Source: a virus
Taxonomy: Duplodnaviria; Caudoviricetes
Length of the DNA stretch: 64,000 bases
Virus record (IMG/VR): IMGVR_UViG_3300036987_000310
Span: 128,001 to 192,000 of that record
Reading direction: 5' to 3' (one strand)
Below the pieces are notes generated by a model that worked only from the letters and a program-made list of their open reading frames with translations, had not been told where the DNA came from and did not search any database. Made by a program: the position numbers and the translations under genes. This document shows positions 46,694 through 55,864 of the stretch, piece by piece. Each line of letters starts with the position of its first letter. Position 1 is the first letter of the stretch.

Positions 46694-46986
46694 CTTCCTG
46701 GCGGCTTCAGCGGGCGCGGCATATCTTCGTACGGAAGCCGAATGGAGCTAACCACCGGAACTTTCCCAGAACTGCACAAATTTTGCGACCCTTCCTCCGC
46801 GTCCATCTCAAGCTTTCCCCATGCTTGTTCCATTTTGTCGCGCTGGCGAGTGGTCAGTTTGTAACCGCTGTTTTTTGAAAGATTCTCTCTCATGCTCTCG
46901 AAAGCTTCTGTTTCCCAATCGTCTAAACCCTCGTTATCGAGCAACGCCTCGAGCTTCTTTAAATCTTCCACCTTGCTCATGTCCAC
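46690..46986 (-). CDS. Hypothetical protein
   Basis: 98-aa ORF. Confidence 0.65.
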   Translation of the reverse strand: MDMSKVEDLKKLEALLDNEGLDDWETEAFESMRENLSKNSGYKLTTRQRDKMEQAWGKLEMDAEEGSQNLCSSGKVPVVSSIRLPYEDMPRPLKPPGR

Positions 46987-47070
46987 TCCCTGCTTCTAGC
47001 TTTCCATAATTTCCAACATTTTTCGGAACTTAAAACAGCCCAACAAAAATCTTGTAGTCAGACGTGGAGG

Positions 47071-47373
47071 CTATGCCTCCATGACCTCCATGACTTCATA
47101 ATTCACTTTGGTGAGGTCGGACACCAACACAGAAAATCTTTGAGACGGAAATTGTAGCAGAGACGACCAATGCACAGTCATAACTCGCGGAGAGTCGGAC
47201 GAGTTTTGCTTGATGTTAACACTGAAAGTTGCCACGACAGAGTTTGACTTTAGCTCTTCCATAACCCCATGAGCCATTGAGAACTGTGAGTCTGGCGGAG
47301 CGTCTCCAACATTCTTCATGGAGAGCGCTTTCACGATCTCCATCGATATGGAATGACTTGGCCCTGTCAACAT
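47071..47373 (-). CDS. Hypothetical protein with doubled tag (EVMEVMEA)
   Basis: Ends NYEVMEVMEA; GGAGGC/GCCTCC hairpin over stop. Confidence 0.65.
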   Translation of the reverse strand: MLTGPSHSISMEIVKALSMKNVGDAPPDSQFSMAHGVMEELKSNSVVATFSVNIKQNSSDSPRVMTVHWSSLLQFPSQRFSVLVSDLTKVNYEVMEVMEA

Positions 47374-47690
47374 GACGACACTGTCGCAATGTCCTTTATC
47401 GAATCAGCGTTTTCTTTCAGAAGAGAATCGAAATCGAAAGAAATCTCTTGGTTTTCATCCCCAGCCGACACGCCAGACCAAGTAAGCAAAACCTTTCCGT
47501 TTTCGATTTTTGCCGTCCAGTCTCGGCCTATGGCCTTCCTGAGCGCCATGACCTTCATCACCATCTCGACCTTCCCAAGAGCACACTGCATGTCGCGGTG
47601 TCGCCCTATGTCGTGGCGGGACAACTCGTAAAGGATGTGCTCGTACGCAAAGTTCTTGTCAATATCGTGCAAATGAGGCAAACCGGTCAT
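47367..47690 (-). CDS. Hypothetical protein
   Basis: 107-aa ORF. Confidence 0.55.
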   Translation of the reverse strand: MTGLPHLHDIDKNFAYEHILYELSRHDIGRHRDMQCALGKVEMVMKVMALRKAIGRDWTAKIENGKVLLTWSGVSAGDENQEISFDFDSLLKENADSIKDIATVSSC

Positions 47691-47740
47691 GTTGTTGAAT
47701 TACAACGTTGCATACTACCGCAACGCATCGATTTTCGAGT

Positions 47741-48019
47741 TCAAGACTCGTGGGTCCCACGCAGAAGAGTGTCAGTGCAAGACTCATATGGGTCGTCGCA
47801 CATGTTCGGGTCTTCAAACGAGGAACACGTGACCTTGAGGCTGCACCGCCTGCACTGATAAGAAGCACCCGCAGGAGCATATCCGAGAAACACCCACTCA
47901 TGTTCTTTAGTCGGAGAGACAGACACCTCTCCCACAGGATCGGGGGCTCTCACTTTCCACAGGTCTTCTGGAAGCGGGCCCGGGTCTTCGCCCGAATCGA
48001 AAAATGGATCGTTTCCCAT
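47741..48019 (-). CDS. HxW...CxxC protein with tag (GTHES)
   Basis: EHEW...CRRC...SCTDTLLRGTHES. Confidence 0.65.
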   Translation of the reverse strand: MGNDPFFDSGEDPGPLPEDLWKVRAPDPVGEVSVSPTKEHEWVFLGYAPAGASYQCRRCSLKVTCSSFEDPNMCDDPYESCTDTLLRGTHES

Positions 48020-48027
48020 GGATAACG

Positions 48028-48360
48028 TTACAACTCTTGGATTTTTTCAACGAGAGTTTCGCCACAGTTTCGAATGGGGCCGACTGCCCACCCGAGGCTA
48101 TGTTCTCCAAAAAATACCTTGAAGAATGCTTGTGCACTTGTGTGCGGCACGCGCCATATCATGACATCGCACACGGAGCATTTCATTGTGTTCATTTCAA
48201 TCAGCTCCCAAGAATGGCTCCCGAAGAATTTTCGCACATGCTTTTCCCAAACTTCCCACGTGGCAACCTTTTGCTTTTTTGGCCAACTCTTCCACACATG
48301 AGAAAAGCCGGTCATACGAGACTTTCTCATTGAGGCCGCCGACTTTTTTGGGAAACTCAT
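48028..48360 (-). CDS. HxW...CxxC protein with tag-like end (KIQEL)
   Basis: SHSW...CSVC...RNCGETLVEKIQEL. Confidence 0.65.
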   Translation of the reverse strand: MSFPKKSAASMRKSRMTGFSHVWKSWPKKQKVATWEVWEKHVRKFFGSHSWELIEMNTMKCSVCDVMIWRVPHTSAQAFFKVFFGEHSLGWAVGPIRNCGETLVEKIQEL

Positions 48361-48599
48361 TCGTCCATGATCTTTTTCACTGAAATTTCGTCAGCTGCAC
48401 ACCTCAACAAGTCTGCCAAACCCTTGGCTTTCTCGACAGGAAGCGGGATGGAAAAACTTCCTGTGGGGGTGTCGGCAAGCATCACGATCATCACTTTGGA
48501 GTCTCTTTGCACAGACATAGGACGCGATATGTCTAAAGAAGCGTCCATGAGCTCCACCCATACGGTCCTACCTGCGTGCTCGACGATTCTTCGGGCCAT
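48357..48599 (-). CDS. Small protein with tag (KIMDE)
   Basis: Start moved to ATG 48599 (TGATG overlap). Confidence 0.6.
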   Translation of the reverse strand: MARRIVEHAGRTVWVELMDASLDISRPMSVQRDSKVMIVMLADTPTGSFSIPLPVEKAKGLADLLRCAADEISVKKIMDE

Positions 48600-49849
48600 C
48601 AGGTTCGGCGCAAGTATGCGACGGCAATGCGGACAGTTTCCTGGAAATTGATGGCGCCGATGGCCATGAGCTTTTCGCACGAAGCGAAAATTTCCTCCAA
48701 GTCTTCCTTCATCTTCCCAGTCCCAGAGTTGTTCAACGCTTGTTCAAGTTCCGACACCCTTTGTTGCCACTTGCGAAGCGCCAGCTTGAGCGTCTCATTT
48801 TCAGCTGCATACATCTTCGCGAGCTCTGCATCGTCAGACGCCTTGGTGGGCGGAGGTTCCGGCAGAGCCTCTTTCTCGGCCACTTCCGACGCAGGAGAGG
48901 CTGGTTTTTCCGCATGAGAGAATGCGGTTTTCCCAGGCCTGGTTCGGGCGCTGTCATACCATGTCTTAAACCATGCCGGGCACCGCGGAGACTTGGACGC
49001 GGAGGACGCGAATTTTATCAGCTGATCCACGCTGTCTGGCCCTTCTCCGCCAGGCCAGATCTTCTTCACAGGCTCCACGATGTCCTTGTACAAGACGTTC
49101 TTGTTTCGACTGTCCATCACGAATTTCAAGATTTTTACAAGCTCTTCATCCGTCATGTGCCGCATCCCGTGGATCGTTTCTCTCTTTTTGCTCACTGCGG
49201 GTCTTCCTTCCTTCGCCCATTTTTTGTAAAAATCCGGGCAGTCTGCGCGACTGAGGATGTTCCCCAAATACGATCGAAGTTGGTTTCCCCCAGTCAATTC
49301 CCCATGAACCCAGTATTGCCGCAACTCCGGAACCATTTGCGGGTATCCAATTCCTTGCCCGTGAAGGCGCATCATGTGTCGAAGCATTGCTTCGATTTGA
49401 TCATTGGGTACAGCTCTCGTAGTGGGATCAGGCATATGGTCTTCTCCAGCGTTGGTCTCCAATGTTTCGTTGAGATTCTCAGGCTCGAACTCAAGCTTTG
49501 CGAGTCTGTCCGGCAGCAGTTTGTCCCACAGCGAAGCCTTCCTGGACAGGCATATCAACGGAACGCCTGACCTGTCCGCCAAGTCCTTAGCGTTTTTTAA
49601 CTCGCCATGACTTGAGATTTCGTGCATGAAAAGGACCGTGTCCCCGTTGACGCTTTCCATTAAAGCAGCGCCTTTCGGGTGCATAATTCTGTCTACTTGA
49701 ATCCCTCTCGCCTCAAGTTTCGGAACTATGGAGTCGTTCAGAAACTTCATGGGGAATTTGCTAATCAGCGTGGCTCGCAAGACCGGTTCTTCTTGGTCTT
49801 CCACGAGGTTTGTCAACAGTCCTGGAGCTGAGAATGGCTTTGATCTCAT
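48599..49849 (-). CDS. Multi-domain protein with DUF2325-like N-terminal region, internal repeat and coiled coil
   Basis: DTVLFMHEISSH...GVPLICL; repeated CP.[FW][YF]K.W segments; C-terminal coiled coil. Confidence 0.6.
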   Translation of the reverse strand: MRSKPFSAPGLLTNLVEDQEEPVLRATLISKFPMKFLNDSIVPKLEARGIQVDRIMHPKGAALMESVNGDTVLFMHEISSHGELKNAKDLADRSGVPLICLSRKASLWDKLLPDRLAKLEFEPENLNETLETNAGEDHMPDPTTRAVPNDQIEAMLRHMMRLHGQGIGYPQMVPELRQYWVHGELTGGNQLRSYLGNILSRADCPDFYKKWAKEGRPAVSKKRETIHGMRHMTDEELVKILKFVMDSRNKNVLYKDIVEPVKKIWPGGEGPDSVDQLIKFASSASKSPRCPAWFKTWYDSARTRPGKTAFSHAEKPASPASEVAEKEALPEPPPTKASDDAELAKMYAAENETLKLALRKWQQRVSELEQALNNSGTGKMKEDLEEIFASCEKLMAIGAINFQETVRIAVAYLRRT

Positions 49850-49906
49850 CGCCCCTCCAATAGTTGTACCGAATTACAACATCCGATACTTTATAGCCTT
49901 GCAAAT

Positions 49907-50116
49907 TTACGTTTCCATGATCTCAGCACATATTTCAGCGTGGTATTCCTCGAACTTCTGTTCAAGCTGAGACTTCAAATCAGAAAGTCTGGCATCGCGC
50001 TCTCTACACTCAATGGCCCCCCGGTCAAACATGTGACGGACATCGCATATGTTCAAATAGATGCGATACATTTGTTGCACTAGGTCGGACTGCGCCAAAG
50101 CGTATTTGACCGTCAT
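49907..50116 (-). CDS. Small protein with tag (EIMET)
   Basis: Ends ICAEIMET. Confidence 0.55.
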   Translation of the reverse strand: MTVKYALAQSDLVQQMYRIYLNICDVRHMFDRGAIECRERDARLSDLKSQLEQKFEEYHAEICAEIMET

Positions 50117-50121
50117 TGACG

Positions 50122-50400
50122 CTAAGACTCCATGACGTGATTCAAAGCGCTCAAAATCGGACAGTCTTCATGTTTAGAGGGGTCATACCCATGCCAGACC
50201 TTGTTGCACACAGAGCATTTCCACGTTGGAATGTGAACAGCTGTATAAGTCGACAGCGTTTTAAAACCTGGTGTCGAAATATACTGAAGATGCCATTCGT
50301 GGGGAAATTTTGAAAGCATAGGGTATGCTTTCCAATACGCTGGAACTGGAGATAAAGGAGGAGACCATGCCATCGATTCATTATGCGTCGGACTTTCCAT
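50122..50400 (-). CDS. HxW...CxxC protein with tag (HVMES)
   Basis: PHEW...CSVC...KHEDCPILSALNHVMES. Confidence 0.65.
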   Translation of the reverse strand: MESPTHNESMAWSPPLSPVPAYWKAYPMLSKFPHEWHLQYISTPGFKTLSTYTAVHIPTWKCSVCNKVWHGYDPSKHEDCPILSALNHVMES

Positions 50401-50872
50401 CCAACAATTCCAACTCCAACTCCACCATTTTGTTTATTCCGTTTGCTTCATGAGGCGGGAGCGCGTCTGCAAGCATGGACGCTCTTGCGAGCACATGTGC
50501 TCTGTCTTGTATTACAGCAGACACGACGTTCACGGCTAAAAAGGACACGAGCTGCTCCAAAACGTCTTCCGGGATGGCAGCCAGAACTGGAAAAGATTCT
50601 GCAATGTTCCTGACGCCTCCCTCCACCAAAGCTTCCGCTAAACTTCGCATTTGCTCAGACGGCCCGATTCTCGACATAAACTCTTCTGCCAAAAGATCGT
50701 ACGGGCTTCCATCGCTGTCCTTGGCGCTGCAAGCGTCCAAGTGAGCAGCGTCCACTTGGGCCAGATGCTCCGGGCACAAGCGGGCTCCGAAAGCTGTTTC
50801 GCTGTCGCACCCGCTAACAGCGCAAGCGCTCACATCGCCTCCAAAACTTTCGATGCTTCTTTCGTTGGCCAT
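50381..50872 (-). CDS. Hypothetical protein with N-terminal C-x4-C...C-x2-H motif (start uncertain, possibly GTG 50833)
   Basis: CAVSGC...LCPEH then helical region. Confidence 0.55.
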   Translation of the reverse strand: MANERSIESFGGDVSACAVSGCDSETAFGARLCPEHLAQVDAAHLDACSAKDSDGSPYDLLAEEFMSRIGPSEQMRSLAEALVEGGVRNIAESFPVLAAIPEDVLEQLVSFLAVNVVSAVIQDRAHVLARASMLADALPPHEANGINKMVELELELLDGKSDA

Positions 50873-51204
50873 TTTTCGGCGCCGGGAGGCCGCTGCATCA
50901 AAAAGACCCACCTTCCGTCTCGAAGACCAAGAAGGTGTGCAACTTTGACGATTCCAGCTTTTTCGAGCAACTCCCTGTTCCCAGCCAAGTCCCACTCTTC
51001 AGCGATAGGTCCATCCTTGAACACGCTCATCGGAAGCAGCATGAACAGGCTTTTTGCCATTTCGACTATGTGCACTGGTCGGGGGACGCGCTTTATGGCT
51101 TCACGATAACTGCCATACCTTTCGTATACGGGGGTGTCCATGGACATGAATTCCCTCATGTCCTTGACCCCCTCGACTTCCAAAAAATCCGAGATGTTCA
51201 GCAT
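50830..51204 (-). CDS. Hypothetical protein
   Basis: 124-aa ORF. Confidence 0.6.
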   Translation of the reverse strand: MLNISDFLEVEGVKDMREFMSMDTPVYERYGSYREAIKRVPRPVHIVEMAKSLFMLLPMSVFKDGPIAEEWDLAGNRELLEKAGIVKVAHLLGLRDGRWVFLMQRPPGAEKWPTKEASKVLEAM

Positions 51205-51644
51205 TTGACTTTAGACCATATTTCAGGCTCTTGAGGAAGCTCTTGTTCACTGAGCCATTCCCGCGTCGGGGGTTTAAACCCATCGGAAAGAACCTTTTCC
51301 AAAACGTGCTTAGAGAATACGTCTGGGGGGCGGACGCCATGATCTCTCACATAGTGAGAGAAACCTTCGGGCCATACGTACACCCCATCCCCTAAGCATG
51401 CAGACCCGTTTTGCTTTCCGCACATCCTGCATCGAGACCACCCGCGCCATGAGGCTACGATTTTGCCGGAGTCCAAATATCTGGCCACCGCTTCCCGCTC
51501 AATCGAATTCCAGCTCCCGTCAATGTGCTCTTCCGGCTTCGGAAAGGTCGGGTGGTGATCATTGAACCAGTACCCGATGGCTTTCGTGCTCATGTTCGGC
51601 ATGTCGGGATGTCTGTCAAGAATCATGTTTGTGAACTCTCTCAT
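51198..51644 (-). CDS. Conserved hypothetical Cys/His protein
   Basis: YLDSG...RGWSRCRMCG..NGS..LGDGVYVWPEGFSHYV.DHGVRPP. Confidence 0.75.
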   Translation of the reverse strand: MREFTNMILDRHPDMPNMSTKAIGYWFNDHHPTFPKPEEHIDGSWNSIEREAVARYLDSGKIVASWRGWSRCRMCGKQNGSACLGDGVYVWPEGFSHYVRDHGVRPPDVFSKHVLEKVLSDGFKPPTREWLSEQELPQEPEIWSKVKC

Positions 51645-51772
51645 GCTCTTGATTCCTGAATTGGCGCCTCAATTAAGCTAGAAACTGTTTGAGAAACAGC
51701 GGAACCCTAGTGCGTCGTCGTTGAGGCTTCACGTGCGCCATCAGATCCCAATTTTAGGCGGGGCAACCGCCC

Positions 51773-52126
51773 CTATGTCAACATTACACGCGACACGCAT
51801 GATTTTTTCAACCCGGTCAAAATGTTTCGGAACCAAGCTTTGATCGACTTTGTGTGGGAAAGATAAAAACGGCGACGAACTCGCTCAGATGCTAGGCCGC
51901 TGTTATCGTACGTTTGGATGAGAACTTCGACTCTCCAGTTCAGTCTACAAAGAGGAACACAGATGCTAGTCCTCACCGTGGCCAGTTTGACTCTTCCCGC
52001 CTGAATTCTGAACACGAAGTAAGACCGTTTAGTGGTTTTGAACCCGGAGTCCCAACTCATTTTCTTCATGGAGCGCGTGAGTTGGGACCTTAGGCGCCTG
52101 AGCTCCTTTATGATGCTGGCGTTCAT
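51773..52126 (-). CDS. Basic hypothetical protein with tag-like end (RVMLT)
   Basis: 117-aa ORF. Confidence 0.55.
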   Translation of the reverse strand: MNASIIKELRRLRSQLTRSMKKMSWDSGFKTTKRSYFVFRIQAGRVKLATVRTSICVPLCRLNWRVEVLIQTYDNSGLASERVRRRFYLSHTKSIKAWFRNILTGLKKSCVSRVMLT

Positions 52127-52188
52127 GTTTCATCGCTCCAATTTCTTCGCAGGAAGAAGCCGTCCAAATCTACCCCAAATGGATCAAG

Positions 52189-52401
52189 CTATCCGTCCAT
52201 CACCTTCTGCACCGTCCACTCGTTTCTTGCAACTTCTCTGCAGTTAACATACTCAGACGGCGGCTTGTCGTACAATTGCAAATCGTCCGTCCAACAAACC
52301 CCTGGCGCTCCATGCACCATGGCGCCGCATTTTTCACAGCATCTTCGAACGGAGCCATACGGTTGATCTCGCTGAGTCACAAGGTGTAAAATTTCGGTCA
52401 T
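52189..52401 (-). CDS. Small Cys protein with tag (KVMDG)
   Basis: CCEKCG...NCREV...VQKVMDG. Confidence 0.6.
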   Translation of the reverse strand: MTEILHLVTQRDQPYGSVRRCCEKCGAMVHGAPGVCWTDDLQLYDKPPSEYVNCREVARNEWTVQKVMDG

Positions 52402-52600
52402 GAGACAGGTCCCTCGCTGGCCGCCAAACGTGTCAAAACTGGTTCGCAAAAACGGAATGCTCTTAGATTCGAAGAGGAGGCATCTGGCTTACTGCCCGAC
52501 ATGCCTCTTAGACATGCACCCATCATATTTCCCAAAACATTCAGAAAGCGAATGCTTGTCTTTTCAGCTTGAAATCGTTGAAGACGTTCAAGACGACTGA
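52400..52600 (+). CDS. Small CxxC...H...C protein with tag (DVQDD)
   Basis: CPTC...H...H..ECLSFQLEIVEDVQDD; start may be ATG 52457. Confidence 0.55.
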   Translation: MRQVPRWPPNVSKLVRKNGMLLDSKRRHLAYCPTCLLDMHPSYFPKHSESECLSFQLEIVEDVQDD

Positions 52601-53146
52601 TCATGACTCTTGAATTTCTTTGCACTGACCTTCTCGAGAACTGTTGACGAATCCGAAGTAAAACTCCCACAGCTCGATCGCATTGGTGCGAAACCAGTTT
52701 TCATTGTCCACTGATTGAATGGACGGTTCAACGACGTACGTCCAAAAAAGCCGGTGGGCTATGTCTTCTGACGTTTTAGGGTCACACGAGTTGGCGGCTT
52801 TGGCAAGCATTAAGTCTTCTCTTTTCCCGGTGACTCTCATAGAATCCAAGATCGTTTTGGTAGTTATGGGCCCGCTACATTTGACGACCAGACCATGTTT
52901 TGTTTCCACAGGAACTTGTGGATCCGCCCACACTCCGGGCAGGGAGACCAGACCGTATTCTGTTTTTTGAAAAATCATGTCCATGCATATCGCCCAGTAT
53001 TCGCCGACAGTTTCAATCCAAAATTCCAGCACTTTTTTCTCCTCGGACCACTCGACGTCTAGCGGAGAGACTCGCATGGAGAAGATTACTTTTCTGTCCA
53101 TGAAACAAGTTACATGTATTGTCCAAAATGGTTGCAAGAATACCAA
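52601..53146 (-). CDS. Hypothetical protein with tag (EIQES)
   Basis: 181-aa ORF; start uncertain. Confidence 0.6.
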   Translation of the reverse strand: MVFLQPFWTIHVTCFMDRKVIFSMRVSPLDVEWSEEKKVLEFWIETVGEYWAICMDMIFQKTEYGLVSLPGVWADPQVPVETKHGLVVKCSGPITTKTILDSMRVTGKREDLMLAKAANSCDPKTSEDIAHRLFWTYVVEPSIQSVDNENWFRTNAIELWEFYFGFVNSSREGQCKEIQES

Positions 53147-53559
53147 TAAAGAACGAGAATGGCATGTTTGCCGTCATTGACGACGACATGGAGAAGGGGG
53201 CATTGTGTTTCAAATGGACTTTAAACAAAAATGGGGAGCCCAGAGCTCAGTACCCACGTCCTGACCACCCGAAGCTTTACACTAGCATCACTTTGAAATC
53301 ATATGTCATGATGCAGCGCGTCATATCCCCGTTTGTGATCAAAAATTTGAACGGGGACTTGTTAGACTGTCGCAGGGAAAATTTGGCAAAAATGACGCTA
53401 AAAGAAGCCAGAGCTCTGGATAGAAAAAACCTAGGGCCGGCGTCGCCAAAGAAAAAAATTCAGCGCAAATGGGCAAGAAAGCTTGTGAAAATGCCAAAGC
53501 CGAAGAAAAAAGTGTTTGAACTTTTTCCGGAGTCTTCCAGCTCCAATGGCGACAAGTAG
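53119..53559 (+). CDS. Degenerate HNH_3-like protein
   Basis: FAVIDDD...KW...LKSYVM...IKNLNGDLLDCRRENL; HNH His residues missing. Confidence 0.55.
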   Translation: MSKMVARIPIKNENGMFAVIDDDMEKGALCFKWTLNKNGEPRAQYPRPDHPKLYTSITLKSYVMMQRVISPFVIKNLNGDLLDCRRENLAKMTLKEARALDRKNLGPASPKKKIQRKWARKLVKMPKPKKKVFELFPESSSSNGDK

Positions 53560-53755
53560 TCACTCGTTCATCACAGCTTGCACAAATCTGCCGTCGCACG
53601 TGGCGGGAATCCCTTGATTCTCAAGATCCAAGATTGCGTCGCGGATTGTCGAGTTCGGGTTGTTTGTGGCCGTTATTTTCAGGCCGCATCGTTTGCAAAC
53701 GAAAAAAGTTTCTGAAGCGCCTGAATTCTTTCACTACTCCCCATGAGTGGTTCAT
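53560..53755 (-). pseudogene. Frameshifted HxW...CxxC gene with tag (AVMNE): +1 shift at TTT-TTT-CGT
   Basis: MNHSW...RNF then +1 frame FVCKRCG...TCDGRFVQAVMNE*; span 196 nt = 65 codons + 1. Confidence 0.55.
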
Positions 53756-53976
53756 GATTTCATGACTTCCATTAGATGAATAGTTTCTTCAGGAACTTCT
53801 TCCCAGTCAAAAGTTCTTTCCCTTTGGGACACCGGGTCAATCCAGCATCCGCTCCATACGTTGATCATGTCCATCGCGCAATCATCGCAATATTGAATAA
53901 GCCTTCCGTTCAACATGAACACTCTAGTGGCTTGATTTCCACAACAAGCGCTAAGACTGTGACGAAAACAGTTCAT
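53752..53976 (-). CDS. Small Cys protein with tag (EVMKS)
   Basis: CCGN...YCDDC; ends IHLMEVMKS. Confidence 0.65.
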   Translation of the reverse strand: MNCFRHSLSACCGNQATRVFMLNGRLIQYCDDCAMDMINVWSGCWIDPVSQRERTFDWEEVPEETIHLMEVMKS

Positions 53977-54689
53977 GCACTAACAATTTTTTCGAAGTTA
54001 AAGTCCCCGTTTTCCCCTGGGTATCCGTGGGGATTGCACACAATGCGCGTTCTTCCTACGCGGTAATCGAAGGAGGTGTGCGTATGTCCATGGATCGCCA
54101 AGAATGGTTCTTTTTCTTTCACTATGGCTTCGGCTTGTTTGCCAGCGTGAAAGAAACAGTTCAGGGGGCTCCCCGAAAACTTTGGAGACACGGATTCCGA
54201 GAAAGGAAACTGGTGCGTCACAAGAATGTCAGAAGCTGTTAGCTCCGTGTCCAAAAACCGCAAAGACGCTTCGTGCCTGTCGTACACCCAGGGCTCAAAG
54301 TCGGATATGTGACGAAAATCGTTAAGAAACATTTTCATAGCAGAATTCGTCGGGGCCGGGAACCATAAAGTGGACCCAACAAATCTTGTGCCGCCGATTT
54401 CAGCCACCTCGTTATCGATCCAGTGCAGGTTTGAGACCTGTCGAAGCCCGTCTTTCATTAGCCCTAAATCTGCGGGGGACCCTCCGTACAGGTCATGATT
54501 TCCATGAACAAACACGACCTGTTTGAATTTTGAACACACAAGGTGCAAGGCTCGTTGCAGAGTGTGTGCGTTCGCCAAGTCCCCGGCGATGACAGCGACA
54601 TCCACATCTTCTTCCAGAGAAGACACCAGAGATGTCCCAGAGTCCATATGAAACTCCGTGTGCAAATCGCTGGTAATCAGGATTCTCAT
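53973..54689 (-). CDS. Calcineurin-like metallophosphoesterase
   Basis: SDLH, AGD, GNHD, VTH, HGHTH motifs. Confidence 0.92.
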   Translation of the reverse strand: MRILITSDLHTEFHMDSGTSLVSSLEEDVDVAVIAGDLANAHTLQRALHLVCSKFKQVVFVHGNHDLYGGSPADLGLMKDGLRQVSNLHWIDNEVAEIGGTRFVGSTLWFPAPTNSAMKMFLNDFRHISDFEPWVYDRHEASLRFLDTELTASDILVTHQFPFSESVSPKFSGSPLNCFFHAGKQAEAIVKEKEPFLAIHGHTHTSFDYRVGRTRIVCNPHGYPGENGDFNFEKIVSA

Positions 54690-54745
54690 TTCAAACAGTA
54701 CAAGGCATCAAAATTTACATAACCTCTTGATGACGCACAAACAGC

Positions 54746-55864
54746 ATGAGCTCAATCGCTGAACGCGTCGCCGCCATGTATTGGGACCCAACGAACGAAA
54801 CGTCTCCTGAAATTGGTCCCGAAAACGAATTTGTGGTGGGACAAGGATGGCCGGAAACGGACGACCCGGAAGAGAGAAAAAAACAAATTGAGTATGACGA
54901 AAGAACGCTTCGCGGGCTCAAGATGGTAGACGACGAAATGGCTGAGTGGGGGCTCCCGCCGGACAAGCTTGCAACGGAGCTCCGCACGATCGCCGACGCC
55001 ATAGATAGATCTGAGCAGCCGAGCTTGTCTCTCGTGGCCAGCGACATTTCCGAGCTTGTTGGTTTCTTGCGAACTTCTGGCGCCAAATCGATGGCCAGAA
55101 ACATTCGAAACGAAGTGTGGTCGCAAATTTTAGCGCTTTTTCCGAGCGGAACCTTCGACCTTTCCGTTGGCCAAGGGTCTGGCCTCTACGACACCAACGA
55201 AGAGGGAAAGGGGTGGTCGGACGGGTTTGTGTCGTTCGCAGCCAAGCCAACAATCTGGTCCACCAACAACATCATAGGCGGCATCCTGTTTCGATTTCGG
55301 TACTCTCCAGAGAGCATAATTCCAAAACCGGGGACCCCTGAGCACGAAAAATGGGAGAAAGAGAACGTTCTTGGCATCAACCAAAACGTTGTTGAAGTTG
55401 GTGAGCTGTCTGGAGGCTATTACAACAAGAGATCGGGAGGGTCTGTCGACGCGTTTGTCGGAAAGATTGACTCAGAAACTGAGGCTCCCGCCGAGGTCGC
55501 GGCAACTCCAAAGGAAATCTTCTTTGGCGAGGCGATCTTTGAGATCGTCCAAAACGAGACCATTGTTGACTGGGACTGGAGCGACCCTGCAACAACAAGA
55601 TCCAGGATACAAAACGTCATTGACGACATCATGAGAAGCCCTCCCATCGGAGGAACCGGAAAGCCTTCTGGCAAGAAGAACCCGTATGAAAGCATAATGA
55701 AGTTCATGAACCATTTGAGAAGGCAAAGACGGAATGTGTTCTATAAAGACGAAGCCAGCCTTATTGCACAGTCCATTGGGTCAGTTCTGAACACAGTGGT
55801 TCAAACACTGACCAACAACAACTTCCAGTACGACCCGAAGAACGCGCCGTTCCCTGTTCCCTGA
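54746..55864 (+). CDS. Acidic protein with N-terminal IAxRVA motif and internal LRxIAxxIDxSxxPS motif
   Basis: MSSIAERVAA; LATELRTIADAIDRSEQPSLSLVASDI. Confidence 0.75.
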   Translation: MSSIAERVAAMYWDPTNETSPEIGPENEFVVGQGWPETDDPEERKKQIEYDERTLRGLKMVDDEMAEWGLPPDKLATELRTIADAIDRSEQPSLSLVASDISELVGFLRTSGAKSMARNIRNEVWSQILALFPSGTFDLSVGQGSGLYDTNEEGKGWSDGFVSFAAKPTIWSTNNIIGGILFRFRYSPESIIPKPGTPEHEKWEKENVLGINQNVVEVGELSGGYYNKRSGGSVDAFVGKIDSETEAPAEVAATPKEIFFGEAIFEIVQNETIVDWDWSDPATTRSRIQNVIDDIMRSPPIGGTGKPSGKKNPYESIMKFMNHLRRQRRNVFYKDEASLIAQSIGSVLNTVVQTLTNNNFQYDPKNAPFPVP

